DNA of 64,000 bases from Acidobacteriota bacterium (GTDB lineage: Bacteria > Acidobacteriota > Blastocatellia > Pyrinomonadales > Pyrinomonadaceae), in assembly GCA_029557535.1 (NCBI GenBank), contig JAKQII010000069.1, forward strand, positions 2,861-66,860, in the 5' to 3' direction. The notes beneath the pieces were generated by a model. It saw only the letters and a program-made list of their open reading frames with translations. It ran no database searches and was not told the DNA's origin. This document shows, piece after piece, positions 8,438 through 17,423 of the stretch; the stretch's first letter is position 1; every line of letters starts with the position of its first letter. Both the position numbers and the translations under genes were made by a program.

Positions 8438-10474
8438 TTATTTTACTTTTACGACACGGTAATCGCCAATTTCGGCAATCGTTGGAAAGCGGTCGAACGC
8501 TTCCCTGCGAACAGAAAGATTGGCCGTTTCCTCGGGCGAGATGATGACGTAATCGACTGAGTATTTCTCAAGCAACGACAGGTAGTTCGGCGATCCGGTG
8601 TAGATCCGTTTTACATCGGCCTCCCGCGGCGCATAGTCGATCCCGTACGAACTGAGATGTCCCGAATACCGCATCAATGAACGACGTCCCGTCAGGACGA
8701 CGGCCGAATTGTACGTCGGCGCGTTCAAGAACATCGCGTTCGGCGCGGTCTTCGCCCGGATCTGCTCGGCGATCCGCACCGAATCGTGGCTGAAGACGCT
8801 GTAGCTGATCTGCGCCGAGACCGTCCGCCAGACGTCGAGCATTCCCGAAAGCGTCACCAACAGAAATGCCGCCAATGCCGCGGCGCGAAACGCGCCTTGA
8901 CGATCCCAGGCCCACGCGATCGTCAGTGCGACGAACGGAAGTGAGCCAACGTACCAATAAATCAGTACCTTGATGTTGTCCCACTCCCACGGTGCGAGCT
9001 TGACGGTGTTTGAGACAAGAAAAAGGAACGCGAACGGAATGAAAAACAGCAGCGCCTGCGTCTTTCTCCGCGCGTCCGGATGGGTTTCATCGCCGCGGCT
9101 GATCAGAAACAGCCCGGCTGCGAGGAGCGGAATGAAGATCCCGAGGTTTTTCAGCCAGAAGAACAGAAAATTGTCGTTGCGCAGATCCCAACCGAAATGC
9201 CAGCCGATGAATTCTTTGAGATTGCTCGCGCTGCCCGTCAGCGACCACGCGAGTTCGGGTGCGGCGACGATCACCACGCCGACGCCGAATGCGATCCAGT
9301 CACGCCATTTGTCGAGCCTGAAGAAGAACAGGAACGCACAGACGACGAACAGCACCGCGAGGCTGTGGACGTGGATCAGCGGCAATGTTCCGGCGAGAAG
9401 GCCGACCAGAAAAAGGGGAAAAGGGAAAAAGGGGAAAAGGGGAAATGGGGAAAAGTGAAAACGGGAAAAAGGGGAAAAGTGAAAAAGGGAAAAAGGCGCA
9501 ACCGTCTTATCAGCCTGTTTGCCTGCCGTCGAGTGGATCGGTTCCGCGCTTCGCTCGCTGACGAAAACGTCCCACAGTTTCGTCAGCGCGATCAGCGTCA
9601 GCGGCATTCCGAAAAGCAGGCTGCGCTGGGTGATGAAGAGCACGACGAGCGAGTTTCCCCAGCGGAATTTTTCGCCGATCGTGTAGTCGCGTTCAAGATT
9701 CCACAACAACTCGAAGAATCCTTTCGAACCGGTCCAATAGTCATGTGCGAACCAGACAAAGCCGAGTCCGCCGCTGAACAGGAGAATCAGCACCGCGATC
9801 TTGCCGGTCTTGAGAACGCCGGTGATCCGGATGACGAATTTCTCGAGGAGTACGAAAAGTGAAAAGCCAAGCAGGACGTTCTGCACGAGCATTGCTTGTC
9901 GAACACCGATCCCGAGTTTGACGAATTCGGCCGTTATCAGATCGGCGAGGAACGGATACGTGAATTTCGCCCCCGCGAACGACGGATTTGACGGCGGAAA
10001 GTTGTTGCCGTCGCTGAACGAGTAGATCGCGCCCAAATGAAACGGAAGGTCGCCGAGGTTCTGAGATGCGCCCGTGAAAATACCCTGATCGGTTTCGATC
10101 ATCGCGCGTTCAAAGAAGAACCAAAGCAACAGAAGAATGAACGCGTGGTAGAAGAAACGGATCGTCTTCTTGAGGTTCGTGCCCTGCGTTTTGCCTTTCG
10201 CCTTCGCCACATCGTGGCGGAATTCCTTGCGGATCGACTTGTTGACGAACAGGATCGCGAGCGGCGCGAGAGTTATCAGCAGCGAAACGACCACCGTGGC
10301 GGCCGATAACCCGGCGACGCACGCCGCGATGAATCCGACCGTTCCCAAGATCGCCGAACCGATGACGTTCCCGGCGGCGAGGCGCGCCATCAGCGAGTCT
10401 TCCTTCTCGTAAAGGTATGTGATAGACGCCCCGGCGACGGAGATCAGTGCGATGATCGCAAAGGTCAGAATCAT
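8438..10474 (-). CDS. polytopic membrane protein, GT-C/ArnT-like (family uncertain)
   Basis: 678 aa and very hydrophobic, with a large C-terminal soluble part. It is 28 nt from the neighbouring GT-C-like gene on the same strand. I recognised no sharp motif. Confidence 0.45.
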   Translation of the reverse strand: MILTFAIIALISVAGASITYLYEKEDSLMARLAAGNVIGSAILGTVGFIAACVAGLSAATVVVSLLITLAPLAILFVNKSIRKEFRHDVAKAKGKTQGTNLKKTIRFFYHAFILLLLWFFFERAMIETDQGIFTGASQNLGDLPFHLGAIYSFSDGNNFPPSNPSFAGAKFTYPFLADLITAEFVKLGIGVRQAMLVQNVLLGFSLFVLLEKFVIRITGVLKTGKIAVLILLFSGGLGFVWFAHDYWTGSKGFFELLWNLERDYTIGEKFRWGNSLVVLFITQRSLLFGMPLTLIALTKLWDVFVSERSAEPIHSTAGKQADKTVAPFSLFHFSPFSRFHFSPFPLFPFFPFPLFLVGLLAGTLPLIHVHSLAVLFVVCAFLFFFRLDKWRDWIAFGVGVVIVAAPELAWSLTGSASNLKEFIGWHFGWDLRNDNFLFFWLKNLGIFIPLLAAGLFLISRGDETHPDARRKTQALLFFIPFAFLFLVSNTVKLAPWEWDNIKVLIYWYVGSLPFVALTIAWAWDRQGAFRAAALAAFLLVTLSGMLDVWRTVSAQISYSVFSHDSVRIAEQIRAKTAPNAMFLNAPTYNSAVVLTGRRSLMRYSGHLSSYGIDYAPREADVKRIYTGSPNYLSLLEKYSVDYVIISPEETANLSVRREAFDRFPTIAEIGDYRVVKVK
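9408..9496. repeat. 89-nt ~95% homopurine tract (GGGGAAAA-type words) inside a CDS
   Basis: Direct reading of the plus strand shows only 4 pyrimidines in 89 nt. On the coding (minus) strand it encodes PFSLFHFSPFSRFHFSPFPLFPFFPFPLF. Confidence 0.9.
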
Positions 10475-10620
10475 TGCAACATTTATAGCAAATTAGCGCC
10501 CGACGACCAATCAGAATCGAGTTTGGAGTCGGGAGTCGATCCCCGTAGGGGTTCGTTTTCGGATTTCCCACCCACCTTGTACAATAACAGTTTTGAATCC
10601 TTCATTGGGATCGTATCCAT

Positions 10621-11721
10621 ATGCTTCAAGCCGGAATTGTCGGACTTCCGAACGTCGGAAAGTCAACCCTTTTCAACGCGCTGACCGCGCAGGAAGCGGC
10701 GCTGGCCGCAAACTATCCGTTTGCGACGATCGAACCGAACGTCGGCGTCGTCGCCGTACCGGACGAACGCCTGGGAGTCCTTGAAAAGCTCAACAAGGCG
10801 CAAAAGGTCGTCCCGGCGACCGTCGAGTTCGTCGACATCGCCGGGCTCGTCAAAGGCGCGTCGGAAGGCGCCGGGCTCGGGAACCAGTTTCTGGCGAACA
10901 TCCGCGAAACGGACGCGATCGTTCAGGTCGTGCGTTGCTTCGAGGACGACGACGTGATCCATGTCGAAGGTTCGGTCGATCCCGTCCGGGACATCGAAAC
11001 GATCCAGATCGAGCTCGCGCTCGCCGATCTGGCTTCTGTCGAGAAACGCCGCGACAAGTCGATGCGGGCCGCGAAAGCGGGCGACAAGGACGCCAAGCGC
11101 GACCTCGCGATCATGGACAAACTGCAGCCGGTACTTGAAGAAGGGCGTCCGGTCCGCGCCGCCGGATTGTCTGACGACGAACGCGCGGTCGTCAAGGGCT
11201 GGTTCCTGCTCTCGTCGAAACCGACGATCTACGCCGCGAACGTCGACGAGGATACGCTTATGGACGAGTCGTCGAACCGCCATGTCGCGGCGGTCCGCGA
11301 ACAGGCGGCGAAGGAAAATGCCGAGGTCGTCCTGATCTGCGCCAAGCTCGAAGCGGAACTCGTGGCGCTCGAACCCGAAGAAAGGGCCGAATTTCTCGCC
11401 GAGCTCGGCGTGACCTCAAGCGGCGTCGACAAGCTGATCAAAGCGGCTTACAAAATGCTCGGACTGATGAGTTTTCTCACCGCCGGCGAAAAGGAGGTCC
11501 GCGCCTGGACGATCCCCGTCGGGACGAAGGCTCCGCAGGCCGCCGGCGAGATCCATTCGGACATCGAACGCGGGTTCATCCGAGCCGAGATCGTCTCGTA
11601 CGACGACCTTGTCGCGTGCGGCTCGCGCAAAGCGGCCAGCGAAAAAGGGCTCGCCCGGCTCGAAGGCAAAGAGTACGTCATGCGCGATGGAGACGTCGTC
11701 GACTTCCGTTTCAATGTCTGA
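10621..11721 (+). CDS. ychF: redox-regulated ATPase YchF
   Basis: MLQAGIVGLPNVGKSTLFNALT P-loop, VEFVDIAGLVKGAS, and a C-terminal TGS-like end DGDVVDFRFNV. Confidence 0.95.
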   Translation: MLQAGIVGLPNVGKSTLFNALTAQEAALAANYPFATIEPNVGVVAVPDERLGVLEKLNKAQKVVPATVEFVDIAGLVKGASEGAGLGNQFLANIRETDAIVQVVRCFEDDDVIHVEGSVDPVRDIETIQIELALADLASVEKRRDKSMRAAKAGDKDAKRDLAIMDKLQPVLEEGRPVRAAGLSDDERAVVKGWFLLSSKPTIYAANVDEDTLMDESSNRHVAAVREQAAKENAEVVLICAKLEAELVALEPEERAEFLAELGVTSSGVDKLIKAAYKMLGLMSFLTAGEKEVRAWTIPVGTKAPQAAGEIHSDIERGFIRAEIVSYDDLVACGSRKAASEKGLARLEGKEYVMRDGDVVDFRFNV

Positions 11722-11775
11722 TGAACGGTGTTAGAATTCATTCGTTTTGATACGTTCCCACGTGCGGCGCCAAGT

Positions 11776-12411
11776 ATGAACAGCCTGACCACAGAGCCCA
11801 AGATCGAACTATCCCCACGCGTCGACAAGATCGGTTACGACGAGTTCTTGCGCCGATTTCCGGACCAATACGCCGAGTATGACGACGGCGAAATCCCCAC
11901 CGAAATGACTGTTACACGATCTCCCAGCGAACTGCGGCAATTCTTGTCGGCGATTTTGGAGTTTTACGTTTCCGAGCGCCGACTGGCAAGAATTTACGGT
12001 GAACCGTTTCAGATGAAACTCTCGATCGGATCAAGCGTGAAGGGGCGGGAGCCGGACATCTTCGTCGTACTGAATGAGAATCTTGAGCGCGTCAATGAGC
12101 TTTATCTGGATGGTCCTGCCGACGTTGCCGTTGAGATTGTTTCGAAAGAAAGTCGCCGCCTGGACCGGGTTGAAAAGTCGGAGGAGTATCGATTATCCGG
12201 AATAAAGGAGTACTGGCTGATCGATCCTGAGAATCGCTCCGCTGAACTCTTTGAATTGGATGAGAACGGGCAGTATTTCCCGATCCCGGTCAATCAGTCG
12301 GGAACTTTCAGATCGAGCGTGTTGGCGGGGTTTTGGTTGGACCCAAACTGGTTGTGGAGCGATCCGCGTCCGACAGTACGCGAGGTCGCGTCGGCTCTTG
12401 GACTGCTCTAG
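11776..12411 (+). CDS. Uma2 family (DUF820) PD-(D/E)XK endonuclease
   Basis: EPDIFVV ... PADVAVEIVSKESRRLDRVEKSEEYRLSGIKEYWLIDPE is the typical Uma2 core. I chose the ATG at 11776; the ORF track starts earlier, at 11728. Confidence 0.75.
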   Translation: MNSLTTEPKIELSPRVDKIGYDEFLRRFPDQYAEYDDGEIPTEMTVTRSPSELRQFLSAILEFYVSERRLARIYGEPFQMKLSIGSSVKGREPDIFVVLNENLERVNELYLDGPADVAVEIVSKESRRLDRVEKSEEYRLSGIKEYWLIDPENRSAELFELDENGQYFPIPVNQSGTFRSSVLAGFWLDPNWLWSDPRPTVREVASALGLL

Positions 12412-12431
12412 TTTTTGCGGAATAGTTGGAA

Positions 12432-13286
12432 ATGAACAGCACTGACTACGAAAAGCTTGTCGAACAGATCACCGATCTTGTCTTGTCGAAGATCGGCGAA
12501 GACGCATATTGCCCGACCTTTTGCCGCGCCGATGTCGAGCGAATCGTCGATGCCGGAGCGTCGCGCATCGGGATCGTTCTCGGATCGACGGCGACGGCGC
12601 ATGACTGGGCGTCGCTGATCGACCACACGCTTCTTAGGCCCGAAGCGTCCGAAGCGGACATCAAAAAGCTCTGCAATGAAGCGATCCAGTTCGGGTTCGC
12701 GTCCGTGTGCGTCAATCCGGCGTGGGTGAAAAAAGCCGCCGAATTTTTGCGCGGATCGAGCATTCCCGTTTGCACCGTGATCGGATTCCCGCTCGGCGCG
12801 ACGTTGCCGGACGTCAAGGCGTTCGAGGCGCGGCGTGCGATCTTCAACGGCGCCCGCGAGGTCGACATGGTGATCAATATCGGCGCTTTGAAATCGGGCG
12901 ACGATTGTCTCGTCGAGGACGATATCCGGGCGGTCGTCCAGGCGGCGCATGAGAACGGAGTTCTCTGCAAGGTGATCATCGAGACGGCGCTCCTGACCGA
13001 CGACGAAAAGGTCCGCGCCTGTCTCGCGTCGAAGAACGCGGGAGCGGATTTCGTGAAGACCTCGACCGGTTTCGCGAAAGGCGGCGCAACGGCCGACGAC
13101 GTGGCGTTGATGCGGCGATCGGTCGGGCATGCGCTCGGCGTGAAGGCGTCGGGCGGCGTGAAGGGAATCGACGATGCGCGCAAGATGTTCGAAGCCGGCG
13201 CGACGCGCATCGGAGCTTCGGTCGGAGTCAAGATCGCGCAGGAAGCGAGCGGCGTCAAATCGACGATAGTTGCAGGCAGCTACTGA
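12432..13286 (+). CDS. deoC: deoxyribose-phosphate aldolase with a ~60-aa N-terminal extension
   Basis: [32 protein letters not shown] and the active-site-type block FVKTSTGF. The first ATG is at 12432 (a TTG lies at 12426). Confidence 0.85.
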   Translation: MNSTDYEKLVEQITDLVLSKIGEDAYCPTFCRADVERIVDAGASRIGIVLGSTATAHDWASLIDHTLLRPEASEADIKKLCNEAIQFGFASVCVNPAWVKKAAEFLRGSSIPVCTVIGFPLGATLPDVKAFEARRAIFNGAREVDMVINIGALKSGDDCLVEDDIRAVVQAAHENGVLCKVIIETALLTDDEKVRACLASKNAGADFVKTSTGFAKGGATADDVALMRRSVGHALGVKASGGVKGIDDARKMFEAGATRIGASVGVKIAQEASGVKSTIVAGSY

Positions 13287-13287
13287 C

Positions 13288-13394
13288 AAATTCGGATTTG
13301 GGGTTTGGGATTGCGGATTTTGGTGGAAATCAAAAAATCAATTTGGACAGGCTACGCGACCCAAATCCGAATTCCGAAATCCCAAATCCGAAAT
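13288..13394. repeat. inverted pair of GGGATTT-type word arrays (long imperfect hairpin) between convergent genes
   Basis: The left arm AAATTCGGATTTGGGGTTTGGGATTGCGGATTTTGG (13288-13323) is largely complementary to the right arm CCAAATCCGAATTCCGAAATCCCAAATCCGAAAT (13361-13394). Confidence 0.85.
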
Positions 13395-13397
13395 GCT

Positions 13398-14483
13398 TTA
13401 GCTTAACTTGAAGTTGTAAACCACGGTGCCGGTCGCCCTGACCGGTTTTCCGCCGACTGTTACAGGCTTGAACTTCGAGCGTTTGGCGGCTTCCTCGCTG
13501 GCGTTCCGCAGTCCCTTCGGGCCGTTCGTCGCCTTTGCCGACATCACTTTGCCGGATTCGTCCAACGTCACCTGGACCGTGACGATCCCTTCCGTCCGGT
13601 TCTGCCTTTCCAACACGGGATACGCCGGGACCGCGAGTTTCAGGGCCTGTTCACGAAGAGACCCCGCTTCGTACGGCACATTGGCCGTCGCTGCAGGATC
13701 GGCGACCGGCTTCTCTTCTTCGGGCACGGTCTGCACTTGTGCAACCGTTGCCGGCGTCTTCGCGGGGGCCGTCGGTACCGGTTTGGGCACTTTCGCTTCG
13801 ACTCGTGCGAGGGCGTTCTTCGCGGGTTCGTTGTCCGCGTCAAGCTCGACGGCTTTCTTAAGATCCTCGAGCGCCTTTTCGAATTTGCCGGTATTCTCGA
13901 GCGCTACTCCGCGACTGAAGAACGCCATCGACTCGGTCGGGTCCAGTTCGATCACCTTGTCGAAATCACCGATCGCCGGAATGAAGTTCTTTTTGTTGAA
14001 ATAGGCCATTCCGCGCGAGAAATAGATGGTCGAGTCGGCCGGGTTCATCTCAATCGCCTTTGTGTAATCGGCGACGGCCGAATCGTATTCTGCCATCACG
14101 AACTTCGCATTCCCGCGGTTCTTGTAATACGCGGCGTCTGGCGGTTTCGGTGTCGCGACAGGTACCGGCGTCGCGGTAGGCTGCGGCTTTGCTTCCGGCG
14201 CCGGACCCTTCGCACGGATCGCGGAGATCAACTCATCGTTCGCACCGGCCGTGCGGAGTTCCTTCTCAAGCTCGCCGTTGAGTGCGAAGGTCACGCCCCG
14301 TTGATTAACTCCTTCGGCGAGGATCTGATTCTTTTCAACGGCAGTCGCTTTTTTTGATCGGAGCGCCGTGACGATATCGACAAGGCTCAGTTGTGTTTGC
14401 GCGAATGAATGCAACGCGCCGATCAGGACAATAATGGCTGCGATCGAGACGCTGACTGCGTTGATGGTGAAAGTTCTTTTCAT
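13398..14483 (-). CDS. secreted/anchored TPR-repeat protein with a TonB-type C-terminal domain
   Basis: N-terminal signal/anchor, TPR-like repeats (YYKNRGNAKF..., YFSRGMAYF..., FFSRGVALE...), a Pro-rich linker, and a C-terminus PAYPVLERQNRTEGIVTVQVTLDESGKV...GKPVRATGTVVYNFKL typical of TonB_C. Confidence 0.75.
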   Translation of the reverse strand: MKRTFTINAVSVSIAAIIVLIGALHSFAQTQLSLVDIVTALRSKKATAVEKNQILAEGVNQRGVTFALNGELEKELRTAGANDELISAIRAKGPAPEAKPQPTATPVPVATPKPPDAAYYKNRGNAKFVMAEYDSAVADYTKAIEMNPADSTIYFSRGMAYFNKKNFIPAIGDFDKVIELDPTESMAFFSRGVALENTGKFEKALEDLKKAVELDADNEPAKNALARVEAKVPKPVPTAPAKTPATVAQVQTVPEEEKPVADPAATANVPYEAGSLREQALKLAVPAYPVLERQNRTEGIVTVQVTLDESGKVMSAKATNGPKGLRNASEEAAKRSKFKPVTVGGKPVRATGTVVYNFKLS

Positions 14484-14498
14484 GTCGGTTGCCTCGCT

Positions 14499-16160
14499 TT
14501 AGTTGTCTTTGAGGAGGTCGTCGAGTGTGACCTTTTTCTGTTGCGGCGCCGATTTCGGCGTCGGGGTCGGCTGTTTTTTTGCCTGCTGCGCAGGTGTCTG
14601 GGTTGCACGCGGTTTTGACTGCGTTTCCTGAGTTGATTCCGGTTGGGCGACCGTTTCGACAGCCGGGTCAGGTGTTTCGTTGTTTGACGAGGTCGAAACC
14701 ACCGGACTTTCTTCAAGCGGTTTCGATTCAACGGAATGGACCGTCGCGGTCGGCGTGACAACCTTAACCTCGCCCGAGCCGTTGTCGCCGGCCATTTTCC
14801 AGATTCCGAATCCGCCCGCACCGAGAATCAAGAGCACGGCCGCAATTCCCGCGGTCTTCGCCATTGACCGGACCTTTCCCGGCGCGTCATCGACTTCGCC
14901 GTCATCGTATTCAAATTCTGATCTTTCGCGAACCTGTGGCATCGCCGGCTCGAGGTTCTGGTATACGGGTTGAATGACTTCCGTTCTTGCATTTTCGACA
15001 GGCGCCGCTCCGACGATCTCAACCGGCAGGTCGGCCAGTTTGAACTCGACGGTGTCGCGTTCCAAAAGTCTTTGTTCCGCTTCAGCGGCTCGTCGTTCAG
15101 CTTCCCGGCGACGGTCCTCCGCTTCGCGCAACTGCCGTTTGATGAGTTCAAGCTGCCTCGACTCGCCCGACTGCATTCCCGGCCGGACCGCGGGACGCTC
15201 CGGAGCGGGCGTCGGGATCTCAAGAACGGCGTCGTCCTCGCCGAAATCTTCGAGAAGCTCCGGACCGCTGGTTTCGTTGTCGCGCAGTTTCGAGAACGCC
15301 GAACGCAAAACCTGTCGCATGATCGACGCCGACCCGTAGCGATCCTCGCGTTTGATCTGCATCGCCCGCATCAGAATGTCAGACAGTTCCTGACTGACCG
15401 CCGGATTCGCCTTCGAGGCCGGGACAAGCGGATCTTCCTTGCCTTCAAGCAATTCGATGGATCGGGTCAGCGCGTCCGACGGAACCCGTCCCGTGACGAG
15501 ATGATAAATAGTCGCGCCGATGGAATAGATGTCACTTTGGATGTCGAGCGGCTGTTCAAGGATCTCGGCCGAACGCTCGTCGTAGCCGCTGCGGATCACC
15601 TTGCGCGAGCCGACATCGAGTCCGAGCCAGATCTGCTCGATCGGAAGATAGCCAAGGACATTCGCGTCGAACGACATTCCATCGCCGTCGCTATCGTCGC
15701 TTCCGCCGTCGGCGCCGAAAACGAAGAGTTTCACGTTGCCGCCGGCGCTGAGCTTGATGTTCTCAGGTTTGATGTTCGAATGTATGACCGCCGGAACCTG
15801 CGAGTGCAGGTGATTGAGCGCGTCGAGAAGACCGTCGGCCCACAGCGCCACGTCCTTGAGCGGAAAGGCGCTCTTGTTCGTTTCGAGAATCTCAGCGAGA
15901 GTCTTGCCGTCGACGTGATCGGTGACAAGATAACGCCGGTTGGCCTCGTGGAACGAATCCGTCACACAAAGTAGTGACTGGTGCCGGACGGTGGCCGGAA
16001 GGACGTACGCCGGGGAGTTGTGAGCCCCGAGAGTTTCCTTGAGCATAACTGTTTTTCCGAGGGTATTGTCAAAGGCCTCGTAGCCCAGACCTGAGTCTAT
16101 TTGTCCAAGCTGAGCGACAATACGGTATCGATTTTGGAGTGTTTGATTTGTTGATAGCAT
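14499..16160 (-). CDS. Hanks-type Ser/Thr kinase-like membrane protein, predicted pseudokinase
   Basis: Kinase fold blocks are present (VMLKE, IKPENIKL, DIYSIGATIYHLVTGRVP). However, HRD reads HSN and DFG reads VFG. A single TM lies near the C-terminus, followed by a Pro/Thr/Gln-rich tail. Start is the ATG at 16160. Confidence 0.75.
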   Translation of the reverse strand: MLSTNQTLQNRYRIVAQLGQIDSGLGYEAFDNTLGKTVMLKETLGAHNSPAYVLPATVRHQSLLCVTDSFHEANRRYLVTDHVDGKTLAEILETNKSAFPLKDVALWADGLLDALNHLHSQVPAVIHSNIKPENIKLSAGGNVKLFVFGADGGSDDSDGDGMSFDANVLGYLPIEQIWLGLDVGSRKVIRSGYDERSAEILEQPLDIQSDIYSIGATIYHLVTGRVPSDALTRSIELLEGKEDPLVPASKANPAVSQELSDILMRAMQIKREDRYGSASIMRQVLRSAFSKLRDNETSGPELLEDFGEDDAVLEIPTPAPERPAVRPGMQSGESRQLELIKRQLREAEDRRREAERRAAEAEQRLLERDTVEFKLADLPVEIVGAAPVENARTEVIQPVYQNLEPAMPQVRERSEFEYDDGEVDDAPGKVRSMAKTAGIAAVLLILGAGGFGIWKMAGDNGSGEVKVVTPTATVHSVESKPLEESPVVSTSSNNETPDPAVETVAQPESTQETQSKPRATQTPAQQAKKQPTPTPKSAPQQKKVTLDDLLKDN

Positions 16161-16262
16161 ACGGGGGATGCTCCGAATCGCAGACAATTCGGGCACAAAC
16201 ATTATAAACAATCCAAAACATTATTGAAAAGAATTTTTTCCGGACTTTTTGCTGAAATGCGC

Positions 16263-17423
16263 TCAGATTGAATTGCCGGCGGCGAAGCCTGACGCCCATG
16301 CCCATTGGAAGTTGTAGCCGCCCAGCCAACCCGTGACGTCGACGACCTCGCCGATGAAGTAGAGACCGGGTATTGACTTGCTCTCAAAGGTCTTGGATGA
16401 GAGCTCCGAGGTTGAAACTCCTCCCGTTGTTACCTCTGCCTTGTGAAATCCTTCCGTTCTTCCGAAATGCACCCGCCAATCCTGAAGACGGTCGGCGATT
16501 TCCCGGCGGCTGCGCTCACCGAGTTGCGAGACCACTCGGTCCGGCGACGGCAGGAAGGTCTCCAAAAAACGTCTCGGAAGCAGGTCGGAAACGATCGATC
16601 CGACCGAGCGTTTCGAGTCGGCAGCGGCATCGAGGATCCCTGCGGCATCGGCGCCCGGAAGCAGGTCGATCGAAACTTCGAGCTCGGGTGACCAATAATT
16701 CGAGATCTGAAGGATCGCAGGACCCGAAAGACCATGATGGGTAAAGAGAATGTTTTCGCGGAAGGAGGTCTTACCGATCGAAACTTCGGAATCGATCGCG
16801 ATCCCGGCCAGACTCGAATAAGCCGGCTCGTTGTCGGCGAAGCGAAGGGGAACCAGCGCGGGTCTCGTGTTGACGATCCGCAGTCCGAACCGTCGAGCGA
16901 GGCGGTAGCCGAAATCGGTCGCCCCGACTTTTGGAAACGATAATCCGCCGGTCGCGACAACCAGCGACCCGGTTTCGAAATCGCCGCAACTGCTCGAAAC
17001 AATGAACTTGTCGCCGCGTTTTTCGACATCGCCGACCGCACACCTGGTTCGGATCTCGACACCCGCGCGCGAGCATTCCGTCAGCAGCATTTCGAGGATG
17101 TGTCTTGCGGATCCGCTGCAAAAGAGCTGCCCGAGCTTCTTTTCGTGATACTCGATCCGGTGAAATCGGACGAGATCGACGAAGTCGGAAGGCGTGAAGC
17201 CGGCCAGCGCGGACTTCGCGAAATGCGGATTTTCACTCACGAAGTTCTCGGAGGAAGTTCCCGTATTCGTGAAATTGCAGCGCCCGCCTCCGGAGATCAG
17301 GATCTTTCGCCCGGGTTCCGTGTTGTGCTCGACGACGAGTACCCGTCGCCCGCGCATTCCGGCCCGGATCGCGCAGAACAATCCGGCAGCTCCGGCACCG
17401 ATCACGATGGCGTCGAATCTCAT
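16263..17423 (-). CDS. NAD(P)/FAD-dependent oxidoreductase, HI0933/YhiN (BaiN-like) family
   Basis: MRFDAIVIGAGAAGLFCAIRAG Rossmann motif and GRKILISGGGRCNFTN, characteristic of this family. Confidence 0.85.
   Translation of the reverse strand: MRFDAIVIGAGAAGLFCAIRAGMRGRRVLVVEHNTEPGRKILISGGGRCNFTNTGTSSENFVSENPHFAKSALAGFTPSDFVDLVRFHRIEYHEKKLGQLFCSGSARHILEMLLTECSRAGVEIRTRCAVGDVEKRGDKFIVSSSCGDFETGSLVVATGGLSFPKVGATDFGYRLARRFGLRIVNTRPALVPLRFADNEPAYSSLAGIAIDSEVSIGKTSFRENILFTHHGLSGPAILQISNYWSPELEVSIDLLPGADAAGILDAAADSKRSVGSIVSDLLPRRFLETFLPSPDRVVSQLGERSRREIADRLQDWRVHFGRTEGFHKAEVTTGGVSTSELSSKTFESKSIPGLYFIGEVVDVTGWLGGYNFQWAWASGFAAGNSI

Noticed and set aside
9080-9862. 260-aa ORF with a striking Lys/Gly/Glu-rich stretch (GKREKGEKGKWGKVKTGKRGKVKKGKRRN).
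   Set aside because: It is the mirror-strand reading of the homopurine tract inside the membrane-protein gene. The rest of the ORF is antisense to clear TM-helix coding sequence.
11776-12411. The Uma2 nuclease as part of a restriction-modification or other defence system.
   Set aside because: It stands alone between ychF and deoC, with no methyltransferase, ATPase or other partner. Uma2 genes are commonly solitary.
13288-13323. Telomere-like repeats or a linear-replicon end, because GGGGTTTGGGATT resembles eukaryotic telomeric words.
   Set aside because: The arrays are short, internal, flanked by ordinary genes, and paired with their complement a few tens of nt away. Nothing indicates a replicon terminus.
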